From: Camelus dromedarius
Taxonomy: Eukaryota
Length of the DNA stretch: 64,000 nucleotides
Assembly (NCBI RefSeq): GCF_036321535.1
Contig: NC_087436.1
Span: 71,922,001 to 71,986,000 of the forward strand
Reading direction: 5' to 3'
This document shows positions 56,220 to 64,000 of the stretch, in pieces. Position 1 is the first letter of the stretch. Every line of letters starts with the position of its first letter. Under the pieces are notes generated by a model. That model was not told the origin of the DNA, made no database searches, and was given only the letters and a program-made list of their open reading frames with translations. Both the position numbers and the translations under genes were made by a program.

Positions 56220-56771
56220 GTAAGTAATCTGATTTTTGTGCTTCAAAATTAAAAATTAGGGAATAGATCAAGACTCGTTATAACAATGACTATTACAAAA
56301 AAATATTATCAATGTTAAGATGAAGGTTTTGTTCTAATGACAATGTTCAAAATTTTCAAAGAAATAATATCTGATACTATAAAATTCTACACAATGAAAA
56401 AAGTCCATCAAAGATCTTTAGGAGTTGATTGAAACAGGATATGATCTGTATGAAAATATGTGAAGTTGGCATGTATTAAAATGTTATAAAGATATATATT
56501 TAGTATTCTCAGAATTTATTTCATCTTAGTCAATAGCAAATCACAGAAATTTAACTATTTTATGCATGTGTGTGTATATATGTATAAATTTAACCTTTTC
56601 ACAGACTTAAAGAATGACAAATGCAAGGTCATCATGTACAAATTGCACTCAGTTGGTGAATTAGATGTCTTTGGGGTTTGGAGTCTCTGGGGAGAATGTT
56701 AATTACAAATGTTCCTGTAATATTGTCTGCTATAGAAAAATGACTGTCTGTTTTTCTGTTTAAAAATTTAG

Positions 56772-56904
56772 ATACCTATATGAAATTGCCAGAAGACATC
56801 CTTACTTTTATGCCCCAGAACTCCTTTACTATGCTCACCAATATAAACACGTTTTTGAAGAATGCTGCAAAGACGCTGATAAAGCTGCCTGCCTATTACC
56901 AAAG
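56772..56904 (+). CDS. ALB: Serum albumin exon 5 ([44 protein letters not shown])
   Basis: 133 nt, AG/GT boundaries. Confidence 0.98.
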
Positions 56905-57749
56905 GTATTCCCCAGAGAAGAATAAAAGAACAAATTGATAATCAATCCTTAGCTTTGGGGCATCTTAAGGCTAGATTTAGGAAACCTAAGCCTCTGAGAG
57001 AAACTTCTTTACATGGTCAAAAAAGCCTTCCTCCCTTTTTTCTCCCCTAAAGATCTTTCACCTTTTTTGAAAGTTATGACTTCCACCTTCCTCCTTCTAA
57101 GATTTGCCAAAGTGGATCTGGTAGAGGGAATCACTGTGTATGTGTCTAAATATCCCACCTCTTTTTATGGTGGTAGTTGCTATAATGAAATAATGAAACT
57201 CATTTGTAAAATTGCACAGCCAAGAGGCACAGTTTTTGTTCCTCTTTTCATGAGACTTTTTTTTACTGGGTAGGGAATTCAAAGTGGGGGAGAATATAAC
57301 TGCATCTAGAAGCCTGGGTTTATTTATTCATTCCATAAGTATTTATTTATTATGTACTGTGTTGTCTTTTCTAGGGAGTTTATGGATATTATGAGAGTTG
57401 GTAAAGGAGGGATGAAAATAGATTGTATGCAAAATTAAGAAGTCAGCAAAATTCTATTCCCTGGGATATTAGTGTGCTCTGTTTTTCCACTTTTCCTTTT
57501 AGTTCCCTTTTCCCTGGCAATGCCTCTATGATGGTTCTTAATTACCTAAAAGTTTCCACTATGACCAGACTGACTTTTCCTCTTCCTACACAGCAAAATA
57601 ATTATTTGCCAGCAGTGACTACTTGGGAATTTAGGTGTAAGTTACCTCTTTCAAATTTGCTTTGCCATAGTCTCATCTGAGCTAATGAAGGGGTGTTCTT
57701 TGGAGAGTTTTTCTTTTCTAACTTTTTCAAAATTATTTCTTTTTTGCAG

Positions 57750-57847
57750 CTTGATGCTTTAAAAGAAAGAATATTGGCTTCATCTGCCAGACAGAGACTC
57801 AGGTGTACCAGTATCCAAAAATTCGGAGATAGAGCTCTCAAAGCATG
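57750..57847 (+). CDS. ALB: Serum albumin exon 6 ([33 protein letters not shown])
   Basis: 98 nt, ttttgcag acceptor, gtattt donor. Confidence 0.98.
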
Positions 57848-59379
57848 GTATTTTAACTTAATTTACTTCTTTATAATGATGTAAATGATGATTCAGTTGA
57901 CAAAATTGTACATTTATATGTCATTTTACACAGTGCTTTTATATACATCTTTTGGGTTGTCCAAAAGGTAGAAATTTGACAGATGAAAACCAGAGCATCA
58001 ATGACAAATTGTCACTTTTTATCACATGTTTTCTAAGTAGTCGAAAAATTTAGAGGACATCTTTTTTGTTCTCCCAGGACAGGTGTTTAAACTTTCATGT
58101 GTTTATAGTGATTGAGATCTTAGTATAATGGTCTACTACTTTTATAGAGCTGTAGTCAGGATCTTTTATTTAGTTTTATCTCTCCTTAACCCCCAACCAA
58201 TTATCTGAAAGTGTCTGTTTATCTTTTTATGTGCTGATAATTAATTTCAGCCATCAAGATTTCTTCTCACTTTCTTGTAGCACCATTTCTGCTCTCAATC
58301 TCTTGTTTTTACCTAGGCTTCTGTTTTTGTATTATTAGCTAGTTCTAGAAGCATCCTTCAATATCTGAGCCAAGGAGCTCACCCTTCTGTCCACCCCCAA
58401 TCCCTCACTTTCTAGTCAACAATGAATCAACACAAACAGGAAATAGAATGAAAAGAATAGATATTTTGCAAGCTTCTGGGGACTGTCACTTGAACTATCT
58501 TGGCTGTCATCCCTACCATCTACACCACCAAAAGCAACCAAATCAATAAACCTTAACATAAAATGATATAGTTAAACAGGCTATGATTGCTTTGGGGAAA
58601 GAAGTTAACTTTTATCAGATTTAGGCAACTCTGAAATGATTTGGGAAAACATGTGTATATTAGCCTTTTATATCTTGTCATCGAGCTTAGAGACTGTGCT
58701 AAATCAATTTCTTGGTAAAAGTGTGCTTAATCAAAACTCTAATTTTGTAGAAGTTATGAAATTTCTTTTCTCAGAGACCTTTAGAAATCAGGAAGAATGT
58801 GTTTTAGTTAAGAAAAGAAAAAGATAACTGGAGCTTGTATGGTTCATGAACCTCCCAGTTCATAAAATGGGTTCATATGCATTATCTAATTTAATTCTCA
58901 CAACATTCTTTGGTTTGGCATGCTGTTGTGACTCTGTAGAGGCTGACGCTCAGAGAGGCTAACATCACACTTGCCTAGGGTCACACTATTAATAAGCTAT
59001 AAAGCCAGATCTGGAAGTCAGTTCTGTGCTCCAAACCTGATGCCTCTCAGCAGGTAGCCTGTTTTGGAATCCCTCTTTGATTTCTGCTTTTATGAATTAC
59101 TGGGTTTCTGACCACCATACACATTCTTACAATGGATAATTCTGCCCAAAGGAAACATTTCATCTAAGATAATGATTTGGTTGAGAAGTAGCATTGAAAT
59201 AAGAACTAATGAATTTTACAGATTATTTCTCCATTATTTTGTCCTAAATTTTCTTGTTATATGTAGTATTTTCCTAGTGCTTTCACATAAAATGTTGCCA
59301 CAAAATATTATGTTTCACATAAAATATTAACACAAAATATTATGTTAATAATATTTTGATAGGAGAATTTTCTTTTCAG

Positions 59380-59509
59380 GTCAGTAGGTCACCTGAGCCA
59401 GAAATTTCCCAAGGCTGATTTTGCAGAGATTTCCAAGATAGTGACAGATCTTACAAAAATCCACAAGGAGTGCTGCCAAGGTGACCTGCTTGAGTGTGCA
59501 GATGACAGG
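59380..59509 (+). CDS. ALB: Serum albumin exon 7 ([43 protein letters not shown])
   Basis: 130 nt, ttttcag acceptor, gtaaag donor. Confidence 0.98.
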
Positions 59510-60422
59510 GTAAAGAATCCTCAGTGTGCTTTCTGGTGACTTACATGCTCAAGTTGGTAGAATCAATTTGTTCAGCATCATAACAACTGAGAGTGGGTTG
59601 AGATTGTCCTCTATGCTCTAATCTGCTCAGTGCTCTCCCTGCCTTGTGACACATTTTTAAAAAATCTGATATCCTACTCATTAAATGATTTGATAAACTC
59701 ATTTACTAATTTATGATGTCTTTTAGTCATATTCTAAGTGAGAACAAAATCTTAAAACTGAAATAAGACAGTTATAAAGGTAAATTTCTAAGAAGATTAT
59801 TTTGAGGAGGTGGGAGGAGTTGGAAAAAGGCTAGATTCTGAAGAGAACTTTGGAAATTATATAATTTTTCTCTATATTCTCCCTTAATTAACTCTTCATG
59901 TTAAAAATACAAATATTTAGTATGCTATCTGTTTTCCTCAAACTGAAAATTATGACCAAATATCAGGATTCTAATCTCTCAGGACACTTTCTGGAAAATT
60001 TAAGGCAGCTATTCTACATGTGTAAGTAGGGTCTGTGACTATGCTCTTGACTAATTTTTCAAAAATCTCTAACATTTTATTTAGTCTTTTGAATTCAAAA
60101 TGCCTGCACTTAATTTTGGGTGAATATGTGGTAAAACAGTACTGAATTTTAATTTAAAAATGTAAATGCTTTAACAGTAGAAATATAAAATTAAATGAGC
60201 CCCTATTACTAAGTAGATTTTTTAATCAAGTGGAAATATTTTAACAGTTGTACCTGAATCTCCAGGCTTAGCAGCACAGACAGAAAATGTTCACAGAACG
60301 CAAGTTGGTACATGTATGGTGTTAGAATACAATGAACATATTCTACCAACCTAATAAAAGTCTGGGGAGAAAGTGTATTGATGTCAATTTACATTGAATG
60401 ATGTCCATCAACTTGCTTGTAG

Positions 60423-60637
60423 GCGGATCTTGCCAAGTATTTTTGTGACAATCAAGAAACAATCTCCTCTAAACTGAAGGAATGCTGTGAGAAACCTCTA
60501 TTGGAAAAATCCCACTGCATTCATGAGGCAGAAAGAGATGAGATGCCAGAAAACCTGCCTGCAATAACTGAACAGTTTGCTGAAGATAAGGACGTTTGCA
60601 AACACTACACGGAGGAAAAAGATGTCTTCCTGGGCAT
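60423..60637 (+). CDS. ALB: Serum albumin exon 8 ([22 protein letters not shown]...KDVFLG-M)
   Basis: 215 nt, tag/gtaag boundaries. Confidence 0.98.
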
Positions 60638-61409
60638 GTAAGTGGATAAGGAATGATCCTTTCATAGTTTTACATGGTCTCGAGATTTAGGAAATTGTTT
60701 TAAGCTTTCCTTTGGAATTGCTACAATTTTCATGTTGCCTACAATGTTTCTTTATTCTTTCTTCTCCTAGCCTTTAAACATTTTTGGAAAACATTAATTA
60801 GTTTTTAAAAACTATAAAATAATACATGCTCACGGCAAATGCTTAATCAATAGAGAAGAGTACAAAGTAATAATAAAAGTCTATTTTTACTCCCCCACCC
60901 TACACCTTACGTCTTAGAGATATTTCTGAAAATACCTGTAGAAATATTTTGTGTATATGTAAATTATATACATTAGTCATTCATGCATTCATTCAAAGAG
61001 TATTTCTTGAACTTATAATATATATGTGTGAATATATGTAATACATCTTTGTTTCTGTATTTATCTACCTATCTATGTATCTATCTGATAGCAGCAAAGA
61101 ACTATGAAGAGAAGTATGAAATCTATTACCAGGTGCTTTACATTTGGTTAAACATACCAGAGGGCCAGTACATGGCAAGGCAGCATATAATTAAATGACA
61201 GAATCAATGATTATATAAAGTCAGTAAGAATGGTGAATAAACTTTGCATTTTATTGCTCAATTATAATAGTATTTTTGCACTAAATAATATTTCATAAAA
61301 CTATGTATCCATCAAGATTTTACTCATACAGAGAGGAAAAAAATTTTAGAATATATCTCTATTTATCTATCAGAGCCTTTTTGAGGTGTAGTCCAAATCA
61401 AGCAAAATA

Positions 61410-61660
61410 TACCTTATAGTAATAGGTGTCATTCATCAAACGTTTAATAGGTGCCAGACAGCATGTGTTTTGCAGAGATTATGTCATGTATTTCTCCCAA
61501 CTCACCTTATGATATAGATACTATTATTATCCCCATTCCACAGAGGAGAAAACAAAGGCTCTGATAGTTTTAATAAGTTGCCTGAGGTGATGTAGTAAAA
61601 TAAATGACAGAGCCAGGATTTGTTAGATTTAACTCTGAACCTCCCAAGTCCTTAGTCACT
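61410..61660. mobile_element. MIR SINE in ALB intron 8
   Basis: tattattatccccattccacagaggagaaaacaaaggctc...aagttgcctgaggt...gagccaggattt. Confidence 0.7.
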
Positions 61661-61785
61661 AAGCTTCACTGTGTGGGGTTTAGTCAAATTCAGACCTTTC
61701 GAATATGAGTTACTTTTGTGGTTAGTTATGTGGTTTTTCTTGCTCATTTGTCCAACCAAATCTATTTTATCTTCATCTTAATTAG

Positions 61786-61918
61786 GTTTTTGCATGAATA
61801 CGCAAGAAGGCACCCTGAGTACGCTGTCTCATTGCTGCTGAGAATTGCCAAGGAGTATGAAGCCACACTGGAGGACTGCTGTGCCAAAGATGATCCTCAT
61901 GCATGCTATGCTACCGTG
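61786..61918 (+). CDS. ALB: Serum albumin exon 9 ([44 protein letters not shown])
   Basis: 133 nt, tag/gtaag boundaries. Confidence 0.98.
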
Positions 61919-63038
61919 GTAAGTTTCCTGAAGGAAAAAAAAATGTAACTCTTTGACTGATGATTCCAATAACAGGAAAGAAAAATAATGCAAGAACATA
62001 AAATGTTATATAGTGCAATTTAGGTCTTTCCTTGAGATGGTTCAGATTCTGTGCTTTTAAACATTATAGGAATCATAGCCTTAAATAGAAAAGAAAGATC
62101 TAAAGAGAGCAATCTCTAATTTCACAAAATCTTGAACATGCTTTTTTCTTTTCTTACACTGCTGAGAACAAAATAAGGTAAAGTCAAATGTTAATTAAAA
62201 GAGATTTAACTTAGATATAAAGAAAGTTAACCTTGGTTCCACATTTTGTCAAATATCAAGAATTAGCATCTTAAGGAAGATTGTGAAATCTATTAATTCA
62301 GAATATTTTCAAATCTTTTTGAGAAGGTTTAGGGATGGTTTTATAAGAAATTAAGTAAGGAGAGGAAAACTGAAAAGTTTTGGAGACTTTTAAGATGTTT
62401 AGCTATGTTAAAATAACATTTTAATATGTTTTAAGATATTTAGCATTCCTAGCACATATACTGGTTTTCAAATTGAAGAATCAGAGGGAAGTCATTTTTC
62501 CCTCTACCAGGAACCTGTTATATGCCAGGTGACACACAGAAACCAATGACCAAGGTAAAATCTCTTAGAAAGCTCAGAATACAAATGGAGAGATGGCTGA
62601 ATAATATTGGTGCTTACATTCATAGCCATTGTTTACTGAGCTTTTTACTATGTTCCAGGCTCTGTTTTAATTCCATTAGCTCAGGTAGTTTACACAGCAA
62701 TTCTCTGAAATGAGGACCATCATCGTCTCCATTTTAGAGGTGAGGGTTCCAAAGCATGGAGATGTGGAGTAAAGCTGCACAGCTAGAAAGTGAGTGAGGT
62801 GGCCTGGCTCAAACACTGGTAGTCACACTCCAGAGTCTGACTGTTCTTAGTCACTTATCCTATGCAGTCTCGCCAAATAAATGGTTTAAGTGTATTATAA
62901 TAGATTTGGCATCAAAAGTGTATTTATATGGCTTTGGGCAGAAAGAAGGAAGGATCTTACTCTGCCGAAGAGGGTGAAAAACAACCTCCATCTGTTCCTC
63001 AGATAGAATGCTAAAAACACAGTTCTTTCATTTTTCAG

Positions 63039-63136
63039 TTTGATAAACTCCAGCATCTTGCAGATGAACCTCAGAATTTAGTCAAACAAAACTGTGAACT
63101 TTTTGAAAAACTTGGAGAGTATGGATTCCAAAATGA
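63039..63136 (+). CDS. ALB: Serum albumin exon 10 ([34 protein letters not shown]); gene continues beyond the window
   Basis: 98 nt, tttttcag acceptor, gtaag donor. Confidence 0.97.
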
Positions 63137-63565
63137 GTAAGTATTTTGCTTATTGGCTATTTTTTCTTGATCATTTAGTAAATATTTAAGGCAATATATA
63201 GACCACCCATCATGGAACTTTTAATCATGAAAATAAAGTATGTATTTATAATCACTCTCTGTCACAAAAGACTGGAGAAAATGAGATAAAATAGTTGATG
63301 AAATGAAGAGGCCTGTATTTGAGTGAAGTTTAAAAAATTGATCTCTTAAGACTGGGAGGAAAAATGTCAAATCTTGGGATATAGGAACTGCGGATGCCCT
63401 TTGAAAGGTAAGGAGTAGTTTACGAGCAAACAAAATATAGCAATGGTTCACAGAGCAGGAAATAGTAGGTCTCGAATAGAAGTAGCTCAATAAGATGATA
63501 GATTAATGTCCTGATTAAATAGAGCCACATTATTCAGTAAATATTTATTGTTCAGCTTACACATG

Positions 63566-63764
63566 TTAGCACTCTTCTAGCTATCAGTGCTAGGAGTAAC
63601 AGCAATGAACAAGACACAGTTTCTTCCCTTGAGTAGATTCCAGTCATATATTGGCTTTCCGTGTATTAGCACTCTTCTAGCTATCAGTGCTAGGAGTAAC
63701 AGCAATGAACAAGACACAGTTTCTTCCCTTGAGTAGATTCCAGTCATATATTGGCTTTCCGTGT
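63566..63764. repeat. Perfect 99-bp tandem duplication (period 100 bp) in ALB intron 10
   Basis: 63566-63664 is identical to 63666-63764. Confidence 0.95.
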
Positions 63765-64000
63765 GTGATTAGCATTTGCATGTGGCATTAGATTAACATT
63801 TCATGTGGTGATTAGCATTCTTATTATTAGTAGCAGTAAATTATTATTAGTAAACTATTATTACATGTTAGCATATTATTATTACATGTTAGATACCATG
63901 TCAGGTTGATTGCATACTTTGTTTCTTTTAATTTAATCCTTATACCATCCCTATTGATCTTTCAAATTTAGTATAGTGCTGATATAGATTAAGCTCTCAG

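Noticed and set aside
63131..63140. Apparent TGA/TAA at the end of exon 10
   Set aside because: TGA is out of frame (AAT GA|gt) and TAA is intronic; there is no premature stop.

Overview
AT-rich mammalian genomic DNA, almost certainly from a camelid (tRNA-derived Vic-1-like SINEs, camel-type albumin sequence). The right end (about 52.7-63.1 kb, + strand) holds the promoter and coding exons 1-10 of serum albumin (ALB). All splice sites are GT-AG, and the gene continues past the window. The ~52 kb upstream is intergenic and mostly L1/L2/MIR/HAL1/MaLR/DNA-transposon remnants. It also contains a 5'-truncated STX8 retropseudogene and a full-length ferritin light chain (FTL) retrocopy with an open ORF, iron-responsive element, 18-bp TSD and a poly(A)-derived (TTTC)n tract. 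The FTL copy lies head-to-head with ALB, between the promoter and a probable orthologue of the mouse Alb distal enhancer. Main observations: (1) this albumin has His at position 218 (human numbering), the human hyperthyroxinaemia substitution R218H; (2) it has Gln at 247, where the Zn site A ligand His247 normally sits; (3) the IRE-bearing FTL retrocopy in the ALB regulatory domain; (4) a 51-bp templated insertion apparently copied from a nearby solo LTR; (5) a perfect 99-bp tandem duplication in intron 10. Comparisons with other species and repeat family names are from recall, not database searches, and boundaries of old repeats are approximate.
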